Assembly: GCA_963575745.1 (NCBI GenBank)
Contig: CAUYUJ010000332.1
Coordinates: 1-64,000 of the forward strand
Source of the DNA: Prorocentrum cordatum
Taxonomy: Eukaryota
Direction of reading: 5' to 3'
Length of the DNA: 64,000 nucleotides
Positions 53,801-62,003 of this stretch are shown one piece after another. The notes under the pieces are model-generated. The model saw only the letters and a program-made list of their open reading frames with translations, made no database searches and was not told the DNA's origin. A program made the translations under genes and the position numbers. Every line of letters begins with the position of its first letter. Position 1 is the first letter of the stretch.

Positions 53801-56800
53801 CCTCGGCAACCCGGCGTCCCATCTCATCCGAGGTGGTCTCTGGGTCCTCCTCGGCCTCGGGCGGAGGAGGGGCCCCCGTGGGTGCCTGTGGGCTGTGGGG
53901 CTCTGGGGGTGCGCTGGAGGCCCTCTGGTCCTCGCGCTCCCGCCGGCGCGCCTCGCGCTCGAGCCGGGCAGCGCGGCGGGCCTGGACCTCGTTGCGCCTG
54001 ATCTCCAGCTGTCCTACCACGCGCGCCGCGCTCAGCTCCTGGTCGCCGCCCTCGCTCGCTGCTCGGGCATGCTGCCCCTGAGCTTCAGCGAGCTGTTCCT
54101 CAACTCGCATCAAAGCGCCTGAACTCCTCGAAGTGCCACCGCTGGACGTGGGTGCTGAGCTCGCTCGGGCGCCTCCTGCTGCTGCCGCCACTTCGCTGAA
54201 CGTTGGGGCTGGCTGGCGGCCACTGCCGGTTGCTGAGCTCGCTGCGGCCCCACTCGGCCTTGCCGGCGCTGCTGCTGCTGCTGCCGCTCTATCAGCAATC
54301 CTGGCCGTGACCCTCCGCTGACCTTCCTGGGCTGTGGCACCAGGTGCGGGTTGTTGGTCCCGGTTCCATCGGGGGCTCCAGGTGGTCCATTCCTTGGGCG
54401 GCTTCAGCGTGGCCCACAGCAGCAACTTCTCGCCGGGGCGCACCGCTTCCTCGTCGTCGAGAGGTGGCCCATATGCCCCTGCAGTGTCGTCGTCCTCTGT
54501 GTACTCGAAGAGGTACAACTGGTCGGCGTCGAAGAAGCCCCCCGACAGTGACTCGGCGACCCTTAACCTTGCCTTAACCTCCCCAGCCTCGAACGGGCCC
54601 CCCTTGAGCAACACCCACTGGTCCCCCTGCTGCGGGACGAAGACCCGCACCGGGCTGGCCCGCGACGCCTCGTCCTCGGCTTCCCTCGCCTTCTTCTGGC
54701 GGCGGTTCTCCTCCTCTTCCTCCTCGGGGCTCTCGTCCCCGTCGCCGTCATCATCGCCGCCTCCGCCAGATCCGCCACCTCCGCGAGCAGCAGCCTCGCG
54801 TGCTTCACGCTTGCGCGCCTTGTTGCGCTTCCAGCCCCCTCGCTTGCCACCTCGTCTGCCACCACGTTTCTCGTCGCCACCCCATGTAGTTATGGTTGGC
54901 TCGCCGTCGGTCTCCACCTCCACCTCTTCCTCACCCCGGCCTTCGCCCCTTGAGCTTAGGCCATCCGCCTCCGCCTCGTTCCCCTCCAGGTAGTCGTCCT
55001 TTGAATGACCACCTTCTTGGTGGCCCTTTGAGCCCCCCTCGAATTCGACCTCCATTGAGCTTCCCCATATCGACTGAGGTAGGCAGCAGGTGTTGGCGCT
55101 CTGCTCCAGGCTGCCGCACTTCACGCTATGCTCGTACTCGTCGGTGGCCCCATCTGCGGTACCGCCGCCCTCTCCCGCACAGGTCGGAGGCTGAAAAGAG
55201 GGGGGGGGGTCTTGTTCCAGGGCGTCATAGCGCCCGGCCCGCGCCACCTTGTCTTCCAACTTCTCCTCCAAAGCCCGCGCCTCGGCATCCATAGCGGCGA
55301 TCTGTTGTTCCAGCTTCTCTGGGGCGGTGCCGGCAGCCGCTGCTTTGAGCACGGCTGCCCAGGCAGCGCACAACCGCGGTGCATACTGCCCTGCGCGCTG
55401 GGTCCTCCGCATGCCCCGCAATCCCAGCCCGAAGCCTGCGCTTCCCAACTCTCCCTTTACTGCTGCACTGAGCTGGGGAGTACCGCTGGGAACACGTCCT
55501 CCACCCTCCAGGTTGGACGGGGCCTGCTTGCCGAGGGTGAAGCGGAGCTCACCCTCGGGGGTCTTGCCGAAGTAGAGGGCCCACTGGCTCTCCGGCAAGG
55601 CGGAGTAGTGCCGTTTGGTGCGGAAATCGATCCTCGCCCAGTGGAAATTGTCTGGGGCAGCTCGCGCGATGAGCTGGTTCACGCGGATCAGCTTGTCGTC
55701 CGGGGGCAGCGTGACGGTGACCCCGTCGTTGCCTAGGCCGTAGTACTCGCCGGCTTCGCTCAGTTTGGCGCTGAGGTTGATCAATTCGCTGGCCTCGGCT
55801 TTGCTGAGCCGCGTGCGAGCATCAAGGTTGTAGGCTTCCACCTGGGCGTCCGTTAGATCATACGGTAGGCCGCCCTCCAACGTGCGGTGCGTGTGATGGC
55901 CCGTGCACCTCCTGGCTAGAATCAAGGCATAGGGGTAGAGACCAAGTGATGCCAACCACCAGGTCCGCTTCTGATACCGATGCTGTGGCTCGTCCGGCGG
56001 TGCCAGCCCCCACTCGCACATGTCTATGGCGAGAACTCGGGCTCCCGTCGCACGCATCAAGGCCCGCATGCAGGGGCGATCCCACAGCTTGGGGTACCGC
56101 CCATCCCGTGCTGACGACTCGATGAGGAACTCTCGTCCCGCTTCGTAGCCCCTCTTCGCCCCGATGCACGCGAACTCCCCGAATATGTTGCCATCGATCT
56201 CGATCTGCCGTTCTCCGGTTCCATCTGGGCACTCGAAAGTCCTCGTCCCTCCTGCCGCCAACTGCCAGGGGCAATGGCTCACGCAAGGTGGGGCGAACTG
56301 CAGCACGTTGGCCTCGTCGGGCCCAGGGGGCGCGCTGAACTCCTGGTACAGGCGCTCTCGTACCAGTGGGTCGCGTATGTCAAACTGTGGCCGGGGGTCC
56401 TTGCCGAGCAACGGCTGCCCGAAGTACTCGACAGACTCGCTGGTGGCGATGCCCGCATCCTTCATGGCCTGCGTCCACCGCCCAGTCCCGGCGAAAATCT
56501 CCCGCGTCCTGAGCCCCCATGCGAACGCTGGCCTCAATCGCAGGGGCTCCAAGTCCCCGAAGTCTGGACACTCCACCTCGGTGGGGAGCTCGACCGCGGC
56601 GGTTACACCGCCGGCGGCTCTCCCACGCTGCTGCTGCTGTGCTGCCAAGGCTCTGCAATGTTGGCATGGGGGGGGCTTGCTGGCCACCACCGGGCTGCCA
56701 TCCTCCTCCGAGGCGAGGTACGTCTCCCAGCCTATGGTGGGGAGCTCCTTGAGGTCCTTCCCGCTCGTGGCCCAGGTGCGGATGAGCTCGTCTGCTACCC

Positions 56801-58655
56801 GCCGGCCGTCGACTCCGGGCGGTGGGTGGAGGACACGCATATGCCCGCGATGGATAATCACGTGGCACTCTTGCTTGGGCTCTCCCACGGGGAGGACCGT
56901 ATCGATATCCAAGTGACCCCAGTGGTCGGCACGCCATACTCTAAGCACCACCTCCTCCAAGGCTTCGCATGGGAAGAGGGCGACGCAACGGAAATCTTTG
57001 TCGTGGTCGCGATGCACTGCGTCGTGGATGTGCATCCGGACCTCGGCTTCCCTGGGGGATATCCAGGGTGGAGCGTCGGCGAGACCTGCGGCTGCGTCGG
57101 TAGCTTTCTCCAGGAGGTCCCTGCGGATCTCGAGGGCCAGGTCCTTGACCTGCTGGGCATCGGGTGGAGTCTCCAGATGTACCCAAAGCTTGGCGGCTGC
57201 CAGGTGAAGTGGGAGACACTGCCGCTCCTCTGAAACACCGGCGGCCACCTGTAACCGCTTGGCGATGCACTCGTCCAAGGGCAGCTGGTCCTGGTAGTCG
57301 AGGTAGCGCCAAGTATGGCCCTGCACCGTGACGGAGCCTTGACCTACCGATTTCTCAGCGTCCCACCTCACTGGCGTTATGATGACATCGGGGTCGGCTC
57401 CCAGGTTGCCAGCCTTCGCTCCAAGGCGATCCAGCAGCTCGCTAGCTTCGGCGGCCAGGGTGGGTCCGCCTTGGCTCGTCGCCTCGAGGAGCACCTGTTC
57501 AACCGAAAGCTCCTCTCCGCGCCCGCGGGCGCACGCGAGACGCGCCAAGACATGCGACCGCATGTAGTCACTGGCATGGCTCACGGAGTCGAGTGCCCCG
57601 CTCTCTTGGACGGCCTCGAGCAGCTTCTGCTGGGCCAGAGCTCCCTCGTCTGCGCAGACACTCGTCCCGATCAGGGCCGGGCTGTCGGCCCGCGGGTCCT
57701 CGAGCCAGGTCGCATCGGGCCCCTGAGCGGCTTCTCTAAGTTCTGACTCCAGCTCGGTGCACTGGACCTCGGCGTACTCGTCGGGTGGCGCCCAACCTGT
57801 CTTGGAAGGCTGGCTCTCTGCCGCGCTAGCGCCTGCAGCCCGTTTGCTGTCCGCCTCGGTCTTCGCCTGGGCCCTCAGCTGTGCAATTCTCCCGTTGACC
57901 GACGCCGGGTCAATCTTGGCGGCGTTGCGGAGCCCTCCCCGCCTGAGGAGCTGGCACTGCACGGTCCAGTGCACGTCCTTCAGCCCTTTGATAAGCTCGT
58001 GCGAATGTGAGCACCCCGCAGTTCCTTTCTTGCAGCCTATCCAGGTCGAGTTGTCCCAGCAGAGCGGCTTGCCCTGCTTGTCGCAGGGCGCATGCCGGAC
58101 TGACAGCTTGATCTCCTGGGCGTTCAGCCGCTTGCCCGCAGGGTACGCGGCCCGTGCGGAGCTGGCCTTCGGCTGGGCCTTGGCCTTGGGCTTCCTCTTG
58201 GGGATGGCGCCAGCTCGCTGCTCCTGAGGCTCGACGGCTGGTTCTTCTCCTCCTCCTCGGACTTCCCCAGCTTTGCCCGGGGCGCCACGCACCCCGTGCA
58301 TCGAGTCGTTGAGAACGGTCTGAAGGTAGCGCTGCTGTCGCGGGCGTACGACCTCTTGGTAGTAGCCTGTGGGAGACTCGAGGTCGAAGACGTTAGGGAA
58401 GACGAAAGCTGGGCGTCCGTCCGGCCTGGGAGCAAAGGCCACCATCTTGAGGTCCTCCTTTCTGGGGTTGTCCGTCTGCAGCAGGCGCAGGAGGCCTCGC
58501 TTCTTGTCTCGGAGCCTCTCGCACCAGGTCGCCCACAGCTCTTCCCACAACTCGTAGACAAACTTGGGCGGGAAGGCGTGGTCGTCCTTCTCACACTCCC
58601 GTGCGAGTCTCCAGGCAGTCCAGACGCTCCTTGACGTGCTCTCGCCCGAAGACAA
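47871..58655 (-). CDS. 3594-aa retroelement polyprotein: Gag C-terminus, CCCH finger, putative Cys protease, C5-MTase, UBL, RT, RNase H, degenerate C5-MTase, tyrosine recombinase, TM tail
   Basis: CWDNSTWIGCKKGTAGCSHSH; EIFAGTG/APPC; KRDVSRAF, MVFGWSGSP, WLMDD; GGDAT, VELLA, VTDN, HNDIADWLSR; MLRASEY, KTDQ, HSLRIGGAT, GRWAS..Y. Confidence 0.92.
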   Translation of the reverse strand: MSSGESTSRSVWTAWRLARECEKDDHAFPPKFVYELWEELWATWCERLRDKKRGLLRLLQTDNPRKEDLKMVAFAPRPDGRPAFVFPNVFDLESPTGYYQEVVRPRQQRYLQTVLNDSMHGVRGAPGKAGEVRGGGEEPAVEPQEQRAGAIPKRKPKAKAQPKASSARAAYPAGKRLNAQEIKLSVRHAPCDKQGKPLCWDNSTWIGCKKGTAGCSHSHELIKGLKDVHWTVQCQLLRRGGLRNAAKIDPASVNGRIAQLRAQAKTEADSKRAAGASAAESQPSKTGWAPPDEYAEVQCTELESELREAAQGPDATWLEDPRADSPALIGTSVCADEGALAQQKLLEAVQESGALDSVSHASDYMRSHVLARLACARGRGEELSVEQVLLEATSQGGPTLAAEASELLDRLGAKAGNLGADPDVIITPVRWDAEKSVGQGSVTVQGHTWRYLDYQDQLPLDECIAKRLQVAAGVSEERQCLPLHLAAAKLWVHLETPPDAQQVKDLALEIRRDLLEKATDAAAGLADAPPWISPREAEVRMHIHDAVHRDHDKDFRCVALFPCEALEEVVLRVWRADHWGHLDIDTVLPVGEPKQECHVIIHRGHMRVLHPPPGVDGRRVADELIRTWATSGKDLKELPTIGWETYLASEEDGSPVVASKPPPCQHCRALAAQQQQRGRAAGGVTAAVELPTEVECPDFGDLEPLRLRPAFAWGLRTREIFAGTGRWTQAMKDAGIATSESVEYFGQPLLGKDPRPQFDIRDPLVRERLYQEFSAPPGPDEANVLQFAPPCVSHCPWQLAAGGTRTFECPDGTGERQIEIDGNIFGEFACIGAKRGYEAGREFLIESSARDGRYPKLWDRPCMRALMRATGARVLAIDMCEWGLAPPDEPQHRYQKRTWWLASLGLYPYALILARRCTGHHTHRTLEGGLPYDLTDAQVEAYNLDARTRLSKAEASELINLSAKLSEAGEYYGLGNDGVTVTLPPDDKLIRVNQLIARAAPDNFHWARIDFRTKRHYSALPESQWALYFGKTPEGELRFTLGKQAPSNLEGGGRVPSGTPQLSAAVKGELGSAGFGLGLRGMRRTQRAGQYAPRLCAAWAAVLKAAAAGTAPEKLEQQIAAMDAEARALEEKLEDKVARAGRYDALEQDPPPSFQPPTCAGEGGGTADGATDEYEHSVKCGSLEQSANTCCLPQSIWGSSMEVEFEGGSKGHQEGGHSKDDYLEGNEAEADGLSSRGEGRGEEEVEVETDGEPTITTWGGDEKRGGRRGGKRGGWKRNKARKREAREAAARGGGGSGGGGDDDGDGDESPEEEEEENRRQKKAREAEDEASRASPVRVFVPQQGDQWVLLKGGPFEAGEVKARLRVAESLSGGFFDADQLYLFEYTEDDDTAGAYGPPLDDEEAVRPGEKLLLWATLKPPKEWTTWSPRWNRDQQPAPGATAQEGQRRVTARIADRAAAAAAAPARPSGAAASSATGSGRQPAPTFSEVAAAAGGARASSAPTSSGGTSRSSGALMRVEEQLAEAQGQHARAASEGGDQELSAARVVGQLEIRRNEVQARRAARLEREARRREREDQRASSAPPEPHSPQAPTGAPPPPEAEEDPETTSDEMGRRVAEAHPGVACRGGVHKCNAARRFVKNFNDVRRGGKSYDLQHADILYLNGIGQISDVLMQAYPGADPTDPSLPPEPRQLGEILARYVEEHETLKLKMTSLGIPRDEQAGGGILDPIYVATEKTYVEEYEGRDVPSARSRSRRRSGGAASSGGMKPPGGAPDDSESSASETMAPGARGRLRARSPQEERRGRGSAPDPRDPGRRCGGPEVPPADTRRGAHQKGCAEAHRDESRSAPATPRPGTPEAKEYLRWCLEHAEFAPELVKEVTDLGNRLLLAAGSVEAAAARLREERELVLGNPLGGVLDPEFGEALEEDHRLYLQEMASKGVPVRRQQPRRRTIAKPHASARDHALEMYAKAWKDTSYGAVLWATPEAEAALSASELIESPSGRVPKMLPDRTVSSEGRPIHDMRVANGDSPKELHPPALQPKHEALVRLSLWWSARHPGVPQVIAKRDVSRAFKWHWVRDEDVAEFGTSLPGDAVGLTTRVIMIHCVMVFGWSGSPGEYMAFAWSAKWDHERRLPPDPAVNDTVRWSSKWLMDDGVLVEPLVGLRPWLSAADCDASMRRVWGNDAINVDKMAEEGTFQAEQLVWGLYLDVDKQRSRLPEPKCVKAAHLLAIDELRYGCRRVPIKVVQELRGSAQFWVATQPAIKPELPVIDRLLGGGLSAAWAEPRGSAEEVALAWDEWDQTLELLRVLFDAPEAWASTFEASFISCLGPRERLALPGAAARTRWTGGDATTTTIGSIDWGRAVAGSKAMPPHYMAVDAAPLLRQLEDVLSHPGAEKDWAIAIVELLAFVALAATRGREWQGELVFYVTDNMNVRSWISKRRPKHPLARHLIRLVQRLEACYGFSTTALYIRTYHNDIADWLSREEAKKVHSELLRKGWTRIEPPEEWGKMLAEAKEHLLRLPGEDGPIVESALRHRALRTPTAVPRNLALTGRRGLELGSPLGTYGRAREQLGGELTTGDSTGVDWIMCSLSLDPKGFEVEKLASSVTRARPQVVVVDAPGKLDLTRVVKVLRKLGYRVCDLEVVCTHYGDMTARARSLIVAGKGPAGVSLAGMRMPPARRCPHGVKHALKDKPSEGCHHWLDDEGSVTWDPAARGGSDPTLPKGIGHIKIAGTKHQVCSVDGPIGTVRWPAEGPGGPGGTLIHVPGRSGGRIRALSPEEVWIVQGGDEASWVQRRARGDSEATLMREAARSLPPETARAVLGSAVDALSQTTQRAGGCHDPAETAAWETTRRWLRAWARSELQVKADRPEDNQHAGVLSDDVHKARRKSQGVRFKAIEEDLVRGPEPPPDAEEVNLGAVVNIPKKRRKKSPNRGKKVETQGLVKPVALGRARASIALPDHPMLGGDDYGRWIEEQKREALMLRLSEGTRAGYETGWKQWQSFRAAQGESPWLEGRDREERHANEEALLGFVIVLAKVLKRTEGTVKQKLFAVRFAHLVVGYPDPLLHRGRLWSTLAGLRRGQGPSGRKRPVTPRMLLWLQGFLKDQSDLPEADTAVLWAAVAVAFFFMLRASEYLVQPGKTWSRERVVRGVDVTGRNGDNKPCAFKDAVEAVLHITSSKTDQYNVGCVRNQYETGTSLCPVAALRQLERHYPQRLRGSEEELPLFRWASGAPIRREEVQHYLTIAGLAAGLRKDEIGSHSLRIGGATAMYHAVDDLQRVKRFGRWASDSFHGYLWESHEPMRGISTNMATDVSELTAPPAHGAEGARRAGRSPTPPWPKAALTMTTLAATAGSADGYVLKVSPMESQNLLILVLPVGLGAWATAAGVLLAAALLSAAWRREQQRRRRGAARGRGSGCRIRAPCAGMLCAALVVTALTTAAGEVQSREVATVDGKAQGAMLRWEPQTGTVAIIVPVETAMKVGATIAVLLATGIGVIGGCCCKMAKEDEGRQGPAVQQAAVQQTPKVHKPPKQPQRTFCDAGVMGPVHYNGARYVHETQGFRRANEVTREMAPLGHRGSPGRPRGGEQRPHRD

Positions 58656-59154
58656 GCCCGAAGAACCTGGTCATGTTCTGGGCCTGCCGCTTCCACTGGT
58701 CGAAGACCACGGGGGCCCTGGGCCTGGGCTCCAGCTTGGTGTCGTGTGGCGCGCTGTACTTGTCGAACGCGATCGTCTTGCAGGTCGGGAAGTCCGCCAC
58801 AGACGCCGACCACGGAGCCAGGTTGTCCAGGCTGCTACCGCCGAAGCTTAGCGAGGCGCACGCCATCGCGATCCGGTTGGACACCGTGGTGGGCGTCTCG
58901 ACGGCGAGCATGAGGGCTTTGTTCTGCTCGCAGGTCCGGCGCAGAGCGTAGAACAGCTCGCGTCCGAGGACTTCGTCGCAGACCTCCACGGTCAGCTGGC
59001 CGCAGCCGCGCGCCAGGTAGACGTCCAGCTCCTCGGCCCGTCCCAGCGCCGCCACTGTCCCACGCGGGGCTGCCTTGTCGCCCTGCCGGGCGTTGGCAAC
59101 CCCTTCCAACGCGTGGAGCATCCTGGCGGTGTTCGCGTCCAGCGCTGCCCCGGG
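58591..59154 (-). CDS. Gag/capsid-like segment linking the upstream ORF to the polyprotein
   Basis: Same frame as 59155-62049 after a single TAG; overlaps the 3594-aa ORF, joined by a frameshift near 58608. Confidence 0.6.
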   Translation of the reverse strand, partial: PGAALDANTARMLHALEGVANARQGDKAAPRGTVAALGRAEELDVYLARGCGQLTVEVCDEVLGRELFYALRRTCEQNKALMLAVETPTTVSNRIAMACASLSFGGSSLDNLAPWSASVADFPTCKTIAFDKYSAPHDTKLEPRPRAPVVFDQWKRQAQNMTRFFGLVFGREHVKERLDCLETRTGV

Positions 59155-62003
59155 CTACACGAGGCCGAATGGGTCGGCACTTCCACTGCCCTCTCGGGCC
59201 CCAGCAGCGTAGCGTGCTGGTGCTGTGGTCAAACCTGGGGGCAGGCCCAAGTCACTGACGTGCTGGTCGTAGCAAAACAGGGACCTGATGTTCGGCGCCT
59301 GGGGGCGGACGACCGGGCTCAACCCAGCCGTGGTGGCTGGGGGGCCGGCGTCCCGTTGTCCGACGGGGAAGGCCGGCAGGACGACCGCTGGCGAGAGTGA
59401 TGGGTGTGCTTCAAGCCGGGGCGCGCTGTCGGCCGTGGGGGCCGGCGGCCCCTGTGAGCGGTGGTGCTCGGGTGAGAGCTTGAGGAGCTCTTGGAGGCTG
59501 TTAGGCGATGCCTCGGGGGTCTGCGGTCGCGAGGGCACCTGCTGGAGCACCTCCCAGCTGCCAATGTGCCCATCCAGCCGTGCGAGCTCCTCAGGCTCAT
59601 TCGTCTGCTGCTTGAGGTATCGGGCATGTCGGATGAGGCCGGCGAGCACCTGCTGGGCTTCCTCCCCGAAGCCAGCAGCCACGCTCTGCACAGCGGCCGC
59701 ATCGCTTGATCCACGGGCCTTCTCCTCCAGGTAGCAGGCCATCATGACTCCTCCCTCATCTCCCTGATGACTATCTCCTGACGCGGGCGCCTCAGAGCTG
59801 GCTGCTCGCCCGCCCTCGGCTGACGGCGAACGAGAGTTCCTTCTTGTTGACCCCGAGGGCGGCCGGGGCGAACTGCTGCGATCGAGCCGCCGCCAATGGC
59901 TGCGCAGCTTGGCGTCCGCCTCGGTGGCCTGCGCCGCGAAGCTCGGACTGGGTGCCACGCCCCCCTCAGGGTGCCACTTGACTAGGTCGACCACCTTCTC
60001 CAGGAGCAGCCGCCAGCGTGCCTCGCTGAGTGGGCCGGCTCGGCCACCCACGGGCAGACCGTGCCAAGCTGCCAGCTTGTGCCAAACCTTCTCGGGTACG
60101 TTGGTCGCCGAGACGCCGATGCCGAGCTCCTCGCATCCCAGGGGTGCGTGGTGGAGCAGCTCCTCGATGAACCCTGCGGGTAGGCGTCCGGAGGGTCCTG
60201 GAGACGGCGCACGGATGACGCCGTCGGGCTTTACGAGGAAGCGGATGGTGACGCCTGCTGGGTCTGCCACCTCGAGCGCCAGCGCACCGTCGAAGTAGTC
60301 GGCCACCGTGCTGGCCGCGACGGCATCGACTGCTTTCCCTCTGAAAATCATCCACTGCGCCCCCTCGGGCCAATGCACCCTCGCCCGTAGAATGAAATGT
60401 TGTCCAAGGGGCATAGGCGGCTGCGTTGGCGGCTGGGGGCAGCCCGGAACCGGCGGCGCTTCGAAGCGCACGCTCGGTGGTCCAGCCGGCGACGGGACGG
60501 GGTCGCCAGGGCTGGAAGGCGCCTCCCGCGCGGAGGGCGGGGGTGCGGTGCGCTCAGGAGTGCGGCTCCTGGCTGGGGCGGCCGCCCGCTCTGGTGCGCG
60601 GCTCCGTGCTGCAGGGCTCCGCCGAGCTCGACGCCGTAGTCCTGCGAAGAACCCGACTCCTGCTGGGTTGTCGTGTATTGCACGGGCTGCGTCACCCCAG
60701 AGAGGAACCCCTGAGGCCATGCCCACCGCTTCCCGGAAGCAGGTCACCTGAGAGCACTTCTCACCGTAGCGCAGGACCATGTAGATCTGCCGGTGGTGCT
60801 CGCAGAGGCAGGCCGTTGCGCTCCCCTCACTCGGGAGAGGGAGGTCCGAGGCCCGCCCGTCCTCCACCAGCAGCACGGTGGGGTCCCCTCGTGCCGCATC
60901 TCGACAACCCTCGGGAGCCAGTGGGCGCATCTTACCCTTGATCATGAGCCCCACTTTCACCGCCTCGCAAGGGTTGTCCTCGGCATCTACCTCGGACTCG
61001 GACTCCTGGTCAAGTAGTCTTGCCACTGACCCCTGCACGCCAGGCTCCGCATCGCCAGATTTAGGACGGCGGCGGCGCCGGCGGCAGAGGCATGCCCCAC
61101 AACATGAGCACCACGAGAGGATGTACAATAGCAACTTGTAGACGAGACCCGTCCCCCTCCAGAGCCAGACGAAGATCCGGCAGGGCGTGAACTTCGAATA
61201 GTCGCCGAGGTCTACGATGGCCTCGTTGTCGAGGGCCGCGTACTCCTTGCAATGCAGCTCGTTCTCGCGCCCCTTGCACCCAGTACAGCTCGAAGAGCGG
61301 CACAGGTGAAGCCAGCGAGGATCCCGTTGCTCCAGCTCGCGCCGGAAGCTCTTGTCGCTAGCACCCTTCACGGAATCGTATTCCACCCACAATCCCTGGC
61401 GGTTGATACGTTCAGGAGACTTCATATTGAGCTTGAGCCGGGCAACCCTGTAGTCCACCCGGATCAAGAGGTCGTTCTGGCCGCGCTTGGAGCCCCGGCC
61501 TTCCTTGATGCTCTTGCGATACCAGTCAGTCGTCGGGTCCGCCCCAGTAGTCGGCCCATGCCACACCACGTCGGTGAGCGGCGGAGCCGCCGGCGGAACC
61601 AGCTTGTCGAGCTTGACTTCGCCAGGCGTGCGGCGCCTCGGGCAAGGACAGCATGCCAGCACCAAGCCGCAGGTCCAAGCCGCCCAGCTGCAGGGCGCGA
61701 AGAGCGCCCTCAGGCTGTGGGCCAAGAGCGCGACCATCCCGGTGCCGGTGAAGACCGCCACGAGCCCGGCGATCAGCGGCCAGGCGGAGCCGAACAGGGC
61801 GAGGCCCATCTGGTCCGTCATGTAGAGCACCCAGCCACATTCTGAGCTAAGCCAACCTCCTGCCTCGCGAGTCGAAAAGGCAGACCTGAAACTCCCCACG
61901 GCTCTGAAGGTACCCCCATCCATCCCCTCGGCAAACCAGTAGGTGCGGTTGCCGATGTCCTTCCAGCTGATACCGAAAAGACCCCAACCTCTGATCCAGG
62001 ACG
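59155..62003 (-). CDS. 5'-truncated membrane-associated, Cys/His-rich N-terminal ORF of the element
   Basis: About 950 open codons; hydrophobic helices (LALFGSAWPLIAGLVAVF, LVYKLLLYILSW); HLCRSSSC...HC and CLCEHH...C..C clusters. The first ~15 codons of the tracked ORF are flanking repeat DNA. Confidence 0.75.

Larger units (their letters stand above)
46527..62003 (-). mobile_element. Tyrosine-recombinase (DIRS/PAT/Ngaro-type) retrotransposon, 5'-truncated
   Basis: RT, RNase H and YR in one ORF; split direct repeats at the 3' end; sharp GC-rich boundaries against family X sequence. Confidence 0.9.

Noticed and set aside
47871..58655. Prophage or bacterial contamination (integrase plus methylase)
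   Set aside because: YR and MTase are fused to a DIRS-type RT/RNase H, and the element is embedded in eukaryotic repeats.
47925..61845. Many plus-strand and alternate-frame ORFs overlapping the polyprotein
   Set aside because: Expected shadow ORFs in high-GC coding DNA; no recognisable motifs.
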